Counted from the whole stretch's first letter, positions 1 to 11,429 are shown. The stretch is DNA of 63,811 nt, filler included, from Octopus bimaculoides (GCF_001194135.2; 9 parts of 9 records of this genome joined end to end with filler, not necessarily neighbours in it); one strand, 5' to 3'. The notes: a model not told the origin generated them from the sequence alone. Program-made: numbers and translations.

Positions 1-88
1 CACCACCACCACCACCACCATCACCACCATCCCCACTATCGCCACCACCGTCAACACCATCAGCACCACCACCACCACTACCACCACT
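1..88. repeat. (CAC)n trinucleotide microsatellite, imperfect
   Basis: Run of CAC/CAT/CAC variants seen directly. Confidence 0.95.
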
Positions 89-832
89 AGCTTCTGTTAC
101 CTAGGTGACCAAATCAGTAGCAGGGTTGGATGCTCTGAGGACATAGCTGCTTGAATAAGAATAGCCTGGGCAAAGTTCAGAGAGCTCCTACCTCTGCTGG
201 TAACAAAGGGCCTTTCACTCAGAGTGAAAGGTAGACTGCATGATGCTTGTGTGCGAATAACTACCACCATGCTTCACTACCATGTACGGTAGTGAAGCAT
301 GGGCCATGACTGCTAATGACATGCAGAGTTTTGAAAGAAATGAAGCCAGTATGCTCCACTGGATGTGTAATGTCAGTGTGCATACATGACAGAGTATAAG
401 CACCCTGAGAGAAAAGTTGGACATAAGAAGCATCAGATGTGGTTTGCAAGAGAGATGACTGCACTGGTATGGTCATGTGTTGCATGTGGATGAGGACAGC
501 TGTGTGAACAAGTGTCACACCCTAACAGTGGAGGGAACCTGTGGAAGAGGTAGACTAAGGAAGACATGGCTCTTATGTTGGGCCTCACAGAGGCAATGAC
601 AAACAGATCTTTGGAGATATGCCTTGCTTGAGAAGACCTGACAAGCCAAGTGAAATCGTAGTTGTGGCTGATGCCAGTGTTGTATAATTGGCCAATTTAA
701 AAGCTGTAGAAACCTTGCCAAATCAGATTGGAGCCTGGTGCAGCCTTCCGGCTTGCCAGTCCTCAGTCAAACCATCCAACCCATGACAGGATGGAAAGCA
801 GATATTAAATGACAGCAATGATGATGATGACA
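89..832 (+). mobile_element. RTE-clade LINE 3' fragment (degenerate) with (GAT)n tail
   Basis: Translates with stops as FCYLGDQIS...IAWAKFRELLPLL...GSEAW...ERNEASMLHWMCNV...LHWYGHV...GRGRLRKTW, typical of the RTE ORF C-terminus. Ends in gtcaaaccatccaacccatg...gatgatgatga. Confidence 0.85.
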
Positions 833-1297
833 TACATATATATGCATATATGTATGTATATATCACACATACATACATACATACACACACATACACCCGC
901 ACATATATGTATATGTATATATATCAATTAGATATAAGGATAAAGTCTATATCAAGTAGCCAGCGTGTAAAACCAATTAAGGTAAAAAATTAATACAAAA
1001 TATATAATTTTTAGAAATACATTATTACATTAAGGACTGTTGCTATAAGTAGAGTGTTTGTAAGGTATGTATAAGTGTTTATATTTATATGTTTCTGGTT
1101 ATGTTTGCACTGACAAGTGGAGAGCGTGTTACAGTGCTGATCATGAAATCGTTTCAATATACAACTGAACCTTTTTAAAAGAATATTTTTCTTTGTTCAT
1201 TTCCTCGATTTCAGCACGTGTGTATATTTTGAAAAAGTAGTCTGACTTTTGTGTCTCTTTCCAGCATGTGGCTTTCCTGATAGTAACAGCCCTTAAT

Positions 1298-1354
<57 letters not shown>

Positions 1355-1410
1355 TATGTAAAGTTACAGATGACAAAGAAGTAGTTTGATGAAATTTTAA
1401 CAGTAAGAAA

Positions 1411-1480
1411 ATTCTAATTTCACGACAAATTGTTTCATAACTTTTTTAAGTTATGAAACAATTTGTCGTGAAATTAGAAT
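1411..1480. repeat. Perfect inverted repeat, 33-bp arms, 4-nt loop
   Basis: 1411-1443 is the exact reverse complement of 1448-1480; loop TTTT. Confidence 0.95.
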
Positions 1481-1649
1481 AATTGATATTATTATATTTA
1501 ATAATAAATAAATTACTGCATTAATGCAAACTGCAAAATATCCTTCAAAATAATTATTTAACAAACAATATCTTTCACCTCAGGACATAGCTTAAACATT
1601 GCATTATTTTGGAAGATTATCCATTTTTACGTTGCTCCAGTCTACTGGA

Positions 1650-1756
1650 GGTGAAGGGAAGTGTTTTGCTCAAGGACATAATGCACTGCAAATCTGGGAA
1701 TTGAAACAACGATCTTATGATTGTGAGTGCTACATCCTAACTACTAGGCCATGCAC
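1650..1756 (-). mobile_element. tRNA-derived SINE head (family D-like), degenerate
   Basis: Reverse complement resembles the head of the copies at 20732 and 43967 (ggcctagtagttagg...gtttcaattccc...gtccttgagcaaaacactt). Confidence 0.55.
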
Positions 1757-1980
1757 ACACATGCACATACACATAGTCTACTGTGTATAACAAGCTACCA
1801 AGTATAAGATGTGTCCTGATTTTTGGGGTCTAAATTATTTTGAAATCATTTTGATGCCATATTTAACATGCAGGATTGTCCAAGAACACTGAAGGTAGAT
1901 GAGAGTAATAAAAAAACTTACATGACAAAGAAATTCTTCATAAAAGCGATACTACAGCATTCTTTCTTGTTCCCCGACAG

Positions 1981-2101
1981 GTTTCTGTTTCAAATCTTAC
2001 CATCAGGCCTTGTGGATTTGATCCACGTTCATAAAGAAGATCATGATGAAGTTGTCATGATTAAGAAGGTTCTAGCAAGCACATTTTCCGCTAACGTTCG
2101 G
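1981..2101 (+). CDS. Internal coding exon, probable large lipid transfer protein (vitellogenin-N / MTP-like domain)
   Basis: Acceptor tctttcttgttccccgacAG and donor CGG|gtaagt. 121 nt, only one open frame (phase 2 to 0): FLFQILPSGLVDLIHVHKEDHDEVVMIKKVLASTFSANVR. Resembles the F-x-F...G-x-V...E...IK(R/K)G(L/I)xSxF segment of LLTP N-terminal domains (recalled, not searched). Confidence 0.55.
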
Positions 2102-2340
2102 GTAAGTTTGTTCCTCAAGGGTTTTGATTGTTGGAGCAGGGGAGGGGTTGTGTGAAAATTACAGCTGTGGGTGGGTCTTTTTCTTTTTTATGTTATACAG
2201 TAACACTGGCTGTTCAGGTTCAATTCTTAGTGAAGGTATAACCTCCAGAAAAAAAGATGTCTCTTTCTATGAGAGAGGAAGTCAAAGAATTCACTGATGT
2301 TACAGCCACTCATGCATGACGAAGGGGAAAAAATCATTTG

Positions 2341-2560
2341 TTCTTTTATTCTTTTATTTATTTCAGTCATTTGATTGTGGCCATGCTGGAGCACTGCTTT
2401 GAAGGGTTTTAGTTGAAGAATTTAAACCCAAGACTTATTCTTTGTAAGCTTAGTACTTATTCTATAGGTCTCTTTTGCTGAACTGCTTAGTTACAGGGAC
2501 ATAAACACAGCAGCATCAGTTGTCAAGCAATGTTGGGGGACAAACACAGACACAAAGACA
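2341..2560 (-). mobile_element. Family A SINE, 3' half, CpG-decayed
   Basis: Matches 21902-22110 with CpG to TpG/CpA changes; followed by the internal TA/CA microsatellite. Confidence 0.9.
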
Positions 2561-2596
2561 TATATACATACATACTTACATACATACATACATACA

Positions 2597-2660
<64 letters not shown>

Positions 2661-2950
2661 TACATATATAAACACACATACACACACACACATATATGTA
2701 AAACATTCTCATTTTTATAACATTTAAAAAAAAAAATAATTGTTATAGGAAAATCCCTTTTACACTAAAAAACAGGTTTAAGTTTCAAATATGTATATAT
2801 ATATAATCTAATTGGAAGGTATGTTAGCCTTGTGAAAGGATGGTTGCCTCAAAGGAAATACTGGTTCAATACCTAGTATTTTTCGGCAATAAAATACCCA
2901 TAAAATAATGGATATGTATAGAGCATATAGTCTATATCCATTTAAAAGAA

Positions 2951-3155
2951 GAAAAGAAAAGAAAATGGAAATAAAGAAGTTAATAATTGTTTATCATTAA
3001 CAAATTGGTCATCTTCACTTCTTACAGCTGTTTCAATTAATACTCAATAATTTAATTGCAAATTTATACATTAAACAGCTGTAAGAAGTGAAGATGGCCA
3101 ATTTGTTAATGATAAACAATTACTAACTTCCTTATCTCTATTTTCTGTTCTTTTC
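2951..3155. repeat. Fold-back inverted repeat (core arms 2976-3033 / 3073-3130)
   Basis: 58-bp core arms with 2 mismatches, extendable by about 25 bp at lower identity; 39-nt spacer. Confidence 0.9.
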
Positions 3156-3535
3156 ATCTTACACACACATACACACACAAAATATAAATGAGTAACAAAA
3201 ATGTACAGGTGAATGACACCTATACATCTGTTACTCAGTTATATTTTATTCACCTACCCTTGAATCTGCACTTTGGAAATTTTAAAGAAAGTACTTTTGT
3301 ATTTCTATATGAAGTACATATCTGAACAAACAAGAGCAGATCTCTTCACAAAGCTGGGTTGTGTTATCTGCATACACTGCAAGAATATCAAGGGCAAACA
3401 CTTCTACACAGAGTTTGATATTCACCTGATATTGTTTAGGTGTGCAAATTAGACCGATCTAACGAGATGCCTCAATTTAAGAACCTAATTCAACTGAATC
3501 TTAATTATATTTTATACACACACACATACAGTATT

Positions 3536-3695
3536 GGCTCCTTTTGGTTTCCATCTACCAAACTTACTCATAAGGATTTGGTCAGCCTGAAGTTATAGTA
3601 GAAGACACTTGCCTCAGGTGCCATGCAGTGGAACTGAACCTGTAAACCACATGGTTGGGAAGCAAGGTTCTTACCACACAGCCGCGCCTGTGCCT
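3536..3695 (-). mobile_element. Family A SINE, 5' half (tRNA head + CORE-like segment)
   Basis: gaagacacttgcctcaggtgccatgcagtggaactgaacc...accacacagcc matches other copies. Confidence 0.9.
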
Positions 3696-3912
3696 TCACA
3701 CAGCCACACCTGCACCTGTTTATGTTTATAAGAAATATACTCTCTCTTTGCTCCTCTGTCTGTCTTTCTCTCTGTCTCTTTGTGCCACTCTCTCTCTTTG
3801 TTTCTCTTTCCCTTTCCCTGTCTCCCTCTTATAAATATTATAAGAATAATATAAGTAAAACAAAGAGTCCCACTTGTATGATGGTGACACTTGTTTACGA
3901 CTACTATGTATA

Positions 3913-3947
<35 letters not shown>

Positions 3948-3994
3948 CATNNNNNNNNNNNNNNNNNNNNNNNNNNNNNNNNNNNNNNNNNNNN

Positions 3995-4006
3995 TTAATT
4001 AATTAA
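3995..4006. other. Artificial six-frame-stop linker TTAATTAATTAA (first of 8)
   Basis: Centred in a 100-nt N gap. Identical at 22905, 25595, 40170, 47805, 58603, 60640 and 62697. Confidence 0.97.
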
Positions 4007-4050
4007 NNNNNNNNNNNNNNNNNNNNNNNNNNNNNNNNNNNNNNNNNNNN

Positions 4051-4295
4051 TGGCGAACCCTGCTGTACTCTTTCACCACAACTTTCTCTCATTCTTTCTT
4101 CCTGTTTCTGTGGTACCTGTATTTCAAAGGGCCAGCCTTGTCACACTGTGTCACGCTGAATATCCCCGAGAACTACGTTAAGGGTACACATCTGTGGAGT
4201 GCTCAGCCACTTGCACGTTAATTTCACGAGCAGGCTGTTCCGTTGATCGGATCAACTGGAACCCTCGACGTCGTAAGCGACGGAGTGCCAACAAT
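4051..4295 (+). mobile_element. Family C SINE, 3' part
   Basis: Overlaps in sequence with the 5' copy at 39901-40125. Its tail ctgttccgttgatcggatcaactggaa recurs at about 29790 (+) and 58720 (-). Confidence 0.85.
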
Positions 4296-4329
4296 TATGA
4301 AATACTGATTTTTTTCTGAAACTAGGAAT

Positions 4330-5400
4330 GATCAAAATAAACTTGACATTCTTTTCTGAAAGGGGTGAATTAATAGATTCTCCTAGCTTAGCTGTATTGG
4401 TAGTGTTTATATGTTATATTTCTGAATGCTGAATTGAAGAAGACATTAACTGGTTAGTCTTGGAAGGACATACTATAAGAGAAGCAATATTTAATCTAAA
4501 TCAATGGTTCCCAACCATTTTTTCTTTTCCTATGGACCTCTTTTATTCCTACTTTACTCTACTGAACCACCATAGCCATTCGCTGTTTATACAAAAAAGA
4601 ATCTTACTACACTTTTTTTATGATTAAATACTTAACAAAATTCAAATATTTTGTATTGTAGAAGTATCAACCAATTTATTGTACGTAAATTTTAACAAGA
4701 AAATCTTATATGAACCCCTCAAGGGCCATGTGGATCCCGGTTGAGAATCACTGGTTTAAATGATGCTTTCATAGAGAACAAAATTAAATTTCAGTAGAAA
4801 CTTTGTCAAGTGTCTGTCTGCACTGATGGAGCTACAGCTACGGAAATTTTCTGGTTCTATTGCTAGAATGAAAATTCTGAATGTTGAAAATATCCACTTA
4901 CAGTCTTCATCCTCAAAAATCTAGCCTGAAGATCTGAAATGAGAAGTAAACGATGCTGTGTAATTGATTAATTTTATTAAATCAAGACCATTAAATGCAA
5001 GTATCTCCGGTTCATTATGTGAAAATATGAATAGTCAGCAAATTTATTACAACATATTGAATTCTGCTGGTTACTGTGCGGGTTTATGAATTGCGTGAAA
5101 AAAATTAGGTTATTTAAGCTTTAAAAATCTTAATGCGATTTCCAACTGGATTGAATACAGTAAAATTTCAGATGCAATATTCACTGGAGTCAATAACAAA
5201 AGCTAGTTTTTATCATTTTTAAGAGGGTAAATATGGAAGACGAGTTATGGTTGCAAGTAACATCCAAAATACCGAATCTTAAGAGTTTACTGTGACCAGA
5301 TGTAGACTTATCCAAATCACTAACGGTTCATGTCTTATTTATGAAGCTGAAGCTTTCAAATCAGTTGGATAAGAAATATAACTAAACTAGCAGTGAGAAA
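4330..5400 (+). pseudogene. hAT (Buster/Charlie, ZBED5-like) transposase remnant
   Basis: Broken frames give SVCTDGATA, SGSIARMK, DAVxLINFIKSRPLNA...LCENMNS and YELREKI, which match hAT DDE-region motifs. Interrupted by the MITE at 4502-4753. Confidence 0.8.
4502..4753. mobile_element. hAT MITE (family 1)
   Basis: TIRs caatggttcccaacc / ggttgagaatcactg; 8-bp TSD atctaaat/gtttaaat (6/8). Excision restores the host transposase frame (FNLNDAFIENKI). Confidence 0.85.
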
Positions 5401-6854
5401 TTCACGCGTGATAAATATTCAGTTTTCTAGCTAATTACTGTATTTTAAAATAAATTATTCCATGTTCTTTCATAGCAATAATTAAATAATAAAATATACA
5501 TTATTTCATCATCTTTCTATTGTTTTCTCTGCGTATCCTTTCTTCAATATTTCCATCTCCATACTTTTATCTACTTATCCGCCTTTTTTTTTTTGCTTTA
5601 TTACTGCGTTCTCTCTTTACCATTTTCATTTTATATCCTTTTCTTTTTCCCTGTTCATGTACCTTTCTTTCAGTTCCCGCCTCCTTGTTTTGGGGGCATT
5701 TTTTCTCTGGTTAATTCTTTGTACGTACCCCTCCTTCGCATCTGTTTATTGCTAGTTTTCTAGCTATTCCTTTCTTCGATTTGTCCTCCCTACACAATTT
5801 TATTTCTGTACAGTCCTTCCCCTCCTCTCNNNNNNNNNNCGATTTGTCCTCCCTACACAATTTTATTTCTGTACAGTCCTTCCCCTCCTCTCTCTTTCTC
5901 TCTCCCTATTCACAAGTGTTCTTTCCGTCTATCCCCTCCAAAAATGCACCACGTGACCTTCCTATTTTTCAAGCCATGCATCCTTTTTGCATTGACCGTT
6001 CGCAGCTCCTGATTGATCTACGTTTGAAATTTAGTCCCTACTCCTTGTTTGTTTAACGTTTAAAATAATTCCATTTTCGAATTTATATATATATACATAT
6101 ATATACNNNNNNNNNNNNNNNNNNNNNNNNNNNNNNNNNNNNNNNNNNNNNNNNNNNNNNNNNNNNNNNNNNNNNNNNNNNNNNNNNNNNNNNNNNNNNN
6201 NNNNNNNNNNGTAATTTATTCCTATGTCAACATTTCTGTATAAAGCTATATTTGACCGTCAAGTTTAAGTCAAACATATAAGTTGCCATACACGTCTTCA
6301 GGGAATAATCTTTTTAAGCAAACAAACAAATCAAACAAAAAATCAAAATTTGGAGATCAATACCGTATTTCTAGATTTCTTCCATATTTAAATTTATCGT
6401 TAAAATGTATATACATATTCAAGTAAGTCCGAATGGATCAACATTTTTCCTATTACTGTTGCTTTGCACAACACGTCTCAAAATTGTCTGATAGTCGAAA
6501 GACACGAATATCACGGTTATTATTATTATTTAATTGTCATTGCTTATTTGTTTTATTCATTTATATATTTTCTCCTTCTCCTCATAATTCGTTTTCTTTA
6601 GACACCTCATCTTGTTGTTTTTGTCTGATTTCTGGTTTATGTTCGTCTGTCATGTCCGATCATTTATATATCACTTGTTCATGGTTTGTTTGTTTTTTTC
6701 TATTTTGGACATATTATCTGAAGGTGCCGAAACTGTGATGATGTTTGGATGATAACTGATGAGGGTTGAGAATGTCCGTGTCCATCGTGTGTATTCCTTT
6801 CGTGTTTTTACGTATATTCTTTTGTCATCTTCCTGTGCTACACAGATACACATG

Positions 6855-6887
<33 letters not shown>

Positions 6888-7195
6888 TATGCACGCATGC
6901 TCTCAAACACACAAAGACATGCACACACGCAATTTGTAAATGGACAATTAAATTTATAAATTTCTACTCAATATTCAGCTAACTAAACGTTCCATCAGTG
7001 TCTTAACTTAACAGTAAGAATGAAAATATCAAAGCATCTAATTACAGACTATGTCGGTAGATGGTAGGGGTAAACAGAAAGAGACAGTGGGAAAGAGAGA
7101 GAGAAAAAAGACACTCTGCCTGTTATATTACACAGTTTATGCTACGAGACAAGCTAAAATTTATAAGTTCTAATATTGCATAAGAATTCGTTGAT

Positions 7196-7268
7196 GGGCA
7201 GTTTGGTTTAATGGTAAAACACTTGACATGTAATCACAGAGATGTGAGGTCGAGTCTCATGGCTGGCC
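7196..7268 (+). pseudogene. Degenerate tRNA-like sequence (Thr-UGU-like) or tRNA-derived SINE head
   Basis: A-box-like tggtttaatgg, anticodon loop CA-TGT-AA, T-arm gtgag-gtcgagt-ctcat. The acceptor stem pairs with one mismatch and the anticodon stem is broken. Confidence 0.5.
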
Positions 7269-7279
7269 GGTAACGTATT

Positions 7280-7640
7280 TTACTGTTTTACAACAGGATA
7301 ACGACCCTAAGCACACAGCGAAGTCTATCAAAAATGGATTGTCAATCACAATATAAAATTATTAGAATAGCCAAACCAGTCACCTGACTTGAACCCCATT
7401 GAGAATTTGTGGCGTTATGTGAAAATTAAAATTCATTCAAGAGCCCCAATGTGCATTCCAGATTTGAAGAAAACTTGTCAAGAAGAATGGGAAAAAATTC
7501 CTAAAGAAACATGCGAGTCATTGATTAAGAACTACAAGAAGAGATTGGCTGAAGTGGAACTGAATAATGGTTATGCTACGAAGTATTGAATCAGAATTAT
7601 CAGTTATTTATGTTCTATACGAATACTTTTTTCACCCCTA
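7280..7640 (+). pseudogene. Tc1 transposase C-terminal remnant
   Basis: QQDNDPKHTAKS...SPDLNPIENLW...CQEEWEKIP...NNGYATKY* with a frameshift and a stop; diagnostic Tc1 DD34E motifs. Confidence 0.9.
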
Positions 7641-8762
7641 AATATCTATATTTGTATGTAAATTCATTAGTTACTATGATTTATTAGTTTATTTTGCATA
7701 TTCTTAGTTTATATATGTGTATGCAAATATAGTATTGGTATATCCCATTTATGTTCATTAGAAATTAAACAAATAAAGGAATTTTGACATGTACGAATAT
7801 TTATTTCGCTCCACTGTATATAAAGAGAGAGAGATCATAAATAAAACGGGAAGAAAAAGCAAAAAGTCAGACGTACACGATGCATATATTAGATTGAAAG
7901 TTTTAGAGAGGGGGAGAGGAAAGAGAGGGAGGGAAAGTGGAGTAAAAGAGACGGGGTGGACAGACACAGAGAATCTGTATGTGCGTGAGAGAGAGAGAGA
8001 GAGAGAGAGAGACAGGCAGACAGACAGACAGGCAGACAGGCAGACAGACAGCGTGAGAGAAAGTGAAAGAAAGAGAGGACCCGACAGAAAATGATTGATA
8101 GCTGTATTGAATGCTATGTTAACAAATGGAGCTTCTGTGTTCAATGAAATCAACTGCAGTAACGATACGTTAACTGATGATGTATGTGTGTGTGCTCGTG
8201 TGTGTGTGTGTATGTATGTGTGTGTGTGTGCGCATCAGTGTCTATGTGTGTGCATCTGTGTTTAAGTGTGTGCATCTCTGTCTATGTGTGTGCATCTGTG
8301 TCTATATGTGTGTATCTGTGTCTATGTGTATGTGTGGATTATTTTGTGTGCGTGAGGGTTATTTTGTACGTGTGTGACCGAGGCGATGAGGTAGGTACTA
8401 GTAACGTTTGCATGAAATAGCATAATGATAGCGCTGGAAAAGAAGGTGATGTCTCTGGTGTAAGGGAGATAATCTACATCTAAGGGAGGTAATAACTTTT
8501 GTGCCGAGATAATTTACTAAGATTACTATTTCAATTTACAATTTCAATGCCTATATATATATATATATACATGCATACATACATACATACATTACAAATC
8601 TACAGAGTGTATAGCATTTAATTGTTTATGAAATGCAATGATGATAAATGAAAGTAAAAATTATTTAATCGAGCGTTGGAAATATTTGCTGAAGAGAAAT
8701 CGTCTGTATGTTTCTGATATCTATATATACATAGCAGTAGATGTGGAGTGCGTGCACATGAG

Positions 8763-8831
<69 letters not shown>

Positions 8832-9729
8832 ATGCGTGTGTGTATGTATCTGCAGGTGCTCGCTTCTGTGTGCATGTGTCTGCGTGCATGTGTCTGCGTG
8901 CATGTGTGTGTGTGTCTGTGTGTGTGTGTGCACGTGTCCTTCTTTGTCACTATGTGCATTTATGTTTACGTTTATATATGTACTTATATGGGCATGCTTC
9001 CAAGTCTCGCTTATCTTATGCATAAACGGTGTATGCGCATCCAACAATAACGGCGAATGCAAAACGAGCATCGGGAGTGAACACAGCTGTATAAATGTAT
9101 GTGTGTGTGAGAGAGAGAGAGAGAGAGGCGGGGTGAGTGTGTGCGTGTGCGTGTGTGCGTGTGTTTGTGTGTGTGTGCGTGCGCGCATGTGTGTGCGTGT
9201 CTGTGCAGGTGAAATTCCATTTTCATTTTAACAATGTAGTCAAAGTGTTAAAAAAATAAAATTTGTTCTGAAGAAAAATTTCTTTTAGATTCACCAAAAA
9301 ACAAACGGTAACGACATTTTGTTCTTTGCGCATGCGCCTGAAAATATGCAACTTTCGACGTCGATTCAACGAAGATCAGAATGTATAAATCAATTTATCA
9401 AACATTAGTTTGAAATAAAGCGTTCCCTCCATGACAAATCAGTCTATGGAATCGGAAGTTTTGTAGGGGTGGGTTGTTGTTGCTGTTGCTTTTCTGATTG
9501 TGACCTGGAGTAAGAAGGAAAGCGCTCTAACCGAGACTAACCCGTTTTTTGTGGTATCAGTGTTTTTTTTTTTCTTTTTCAGTATATATCCTACCATGAC
9601 CGTCTCTTCTTAATTAGATTCAGAGATTTTTTTTTCACCACTATATTGGTAAAAACCAAAGGGTTCTGACTGTTATCAATCTATCTTTTTTCAAATTCGA
9701 ATTTCAACTCGGAGACAATAAGAAACAAA

Positions 9730-9855
9730 AGAAGCTTGCTTGCCCAACCACGTGGTTCCGGGTTCAGTCCCATCTTGGGCTACTACTACCCAAGCCTCAG
9801 GGCGACCAGAGCCTTGTGAGTGGATATGGTAGAGGGAAACTGAAGGGAACCCGTC

Positions 9856-9900
<45 letters not shown>
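9730..9900 (+). mobile_element. Family A SINE 5' half ending in (GATA)11 at the family's internal microsatellite site
   Basis: aaccacgtggttccgggttcagtccca...aactgaagggaacccgtc is followed directly by (GATA)n at 9856-9900. Confidence 0.85.
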
Positions 9901-9901
<1 letters not shown>

Positions 9902-10140
9902 CTTTCTTTATTGGCCATACAAGGCTGAACATAGAGAGGACAAATACAGTGTAGAGTTTTTCTTTTCGAGGGGGCGAAAATAACAGAAATAAAAAATAAT
10001 AAAAATAGGGACAACGATCAAAAGGGATCGAAATCGTTTGGGATATACAAAAGTTGAAATAGTACAAAAAGTTCCCAAAGTGGGGAAGTTTATCCGCGGA
10101 AAGAAAAACCTACGAAGAGACCACGGTAACCTCGGGCAAT
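9901..10140 (-). mobile_element. Tx1/L1-like LINE 3' UTR fragment
   Basis: Terminus ...gccttgtatggccaataaagaaagt matches the 3' end of the coding copy at 26300-27012. Confidence 0.65.
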
Positions 10141-10394
10141 AATGTCACAATAACACATTTACAAATAGGTAACTTCTCTGATTAACGGTGATACTTTTAT
10201 TTCGGAACTCCACCTTAGCATTATTACAAATTTGTGCCCAACCAGAATATTCTGAAGCACCTCTAAGCACCAAAGTCTGGCGATTGGCCTAGAAGGACCT
10301 TTCGTCCCTTCTTTTTGTATGTGAGCGTGTGGATGTTGGTGGGGGTCACCAATCAGACGTTATCCGAAAATCTGGCAGTTCTTTATCATTGTTT

Positions 10395-10777
10395 ACGAAC
10401 CACATGGTTCCGGGTTCAGTCCCACTGCGTGGCACCTTGGGCAGGTCTCTTCTACTATAGCCTCGGGCCGACCAAAGCCTTGTGAGTGAATTTGGTAGAC
10501 GGAAACTGAAAGAATCCTGTCGTATATATGTATATATGTGTGTATGTATACGTGTGTATATGTTTGCGTGTCTATGTTTGTCCCCCCCAACATCGCTTGA
10601 CAACCGATGCTGGTATGTCTACGTCCCCGTAACTTAGCGGTTCGGCAAAAGACACCGATAGAATAAGTACTAGGCCTCCAAAGAATAAGTCCTGGGGTTG
10701 ATTTGCTCGACTAAAGGCGGTGCTCCAGCATGGCCACAGTCAAATGACTGAAACAAGTAAAAGAGTAAAAGAGAGTA
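10395..10777 (+). mobile_element. Family A SINE, near full length
   Basis: tRNA-like B box (ggttcagtccc), CORE-like ggcaccttgggca, internal TA/TG microsatellite and (AAAAGAGT)n-like tail. Confidence 0.95.
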
Positions 10778-10920
10778 TGACTTTTTTCTTTATGATCCAG
10801 AACAGGTACGAAGCATCTTTTAGTGTAAGTCTTCTACTTATTTCGAATACTATTGTTATAAACGTTATTACACACGGTGACAGGAGTACGTCACCATGTG
10901 TAAGAACGTACATAACATGG

Positions 10921-11073
10921 GTTTCATTCAGTTTCTGTCTACCACATCCACTTACAAGGCTTTGGTCGGCCCGAGGATATAGTCGAAAACACTTGCCCAA
11001 AGTGCATCACAGTGGGACTGAACCCACAACCATGTGGTTTGGAAGCAAGCTTCTTAGCACACAGCTGCGCCTG
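10921..11073 (-). mobile_element. Family A SINE 5' half, inverted relative to the 10395 copy
   Basis: Reverse complement matches 10395-10510. Confidence 0.9.
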
Positions 11074-11128
11074 CGCCAAGAATTTTCTTTGTGTTTTTTA
11101 ACAGATTGATGTCCTCGTACCTGTCAAC

Positions 11129-11400
11129 ATGGAACCGGTAAGCAAAAGAAAGTACGAAGGATCCTCATTCTAACGCAAGACGCAAACGAGTGTACTCTCT
11201 ACAGGAAAAGGTAGATATGATCAAGAAAATACGTGAGGGTAGAAGTTTCATGAAGGTGGGCCGCGAATTTCGTATGGATGAATCAAGCATTCGTTCCATT
11301 TACAAAATGCGTGAAGATGATTCGTTTATCAATGTGCTTTTGGGGAACTAAACACCAAGTGGTAAACGAGGATAGATGTATTTGATTACGATTCTCCATA
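11129..11400 (+). pseudogene. Tigger/pogo transposase N-terminal (CENP-B-type HTH) remnant
   Basis: RRKRVYSLQEKVDMIKKIREGRSFMKVGREFRMDESSIRSIYK fits the Tigger HTH_psq pattern. Confidence 0.75.
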
Positions 11401-11429
11401 AATGTCTTATTTCGAATCCGGCTATATTG

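Noticed and set aside
3951-4050. Recurrent TTAATTAATTAA motif inside gaps (8 times) as a biological element
   Set aside because: Always centred in exactly 44+12+44 nt of N; it is a six-frame-stop scaffolding linker.
5777-5892. Direct duplications of about 50 bp flanking 10-N gaps (also 24055-24162 and 24179-24286)
   Set aside because: Exact contig-end overlaps on each side of a fixed-size gap; assembly artefacts, not tandem duplications.
7196-7268. Functional tRNA gene
   Set aside because: Broken anticodon stem, an acceptor-stem mismatch and a non-canonical T loop (GTCGAGT).
9327-9337. NRF1-like TGCGCATGCGC motif as a promoter (also YY1-like GCCGCCATTTTG near 62887)
   Set aside because: Isolated short motifs with no supported first exon; the second lies in a probable RTE 3' remnant.
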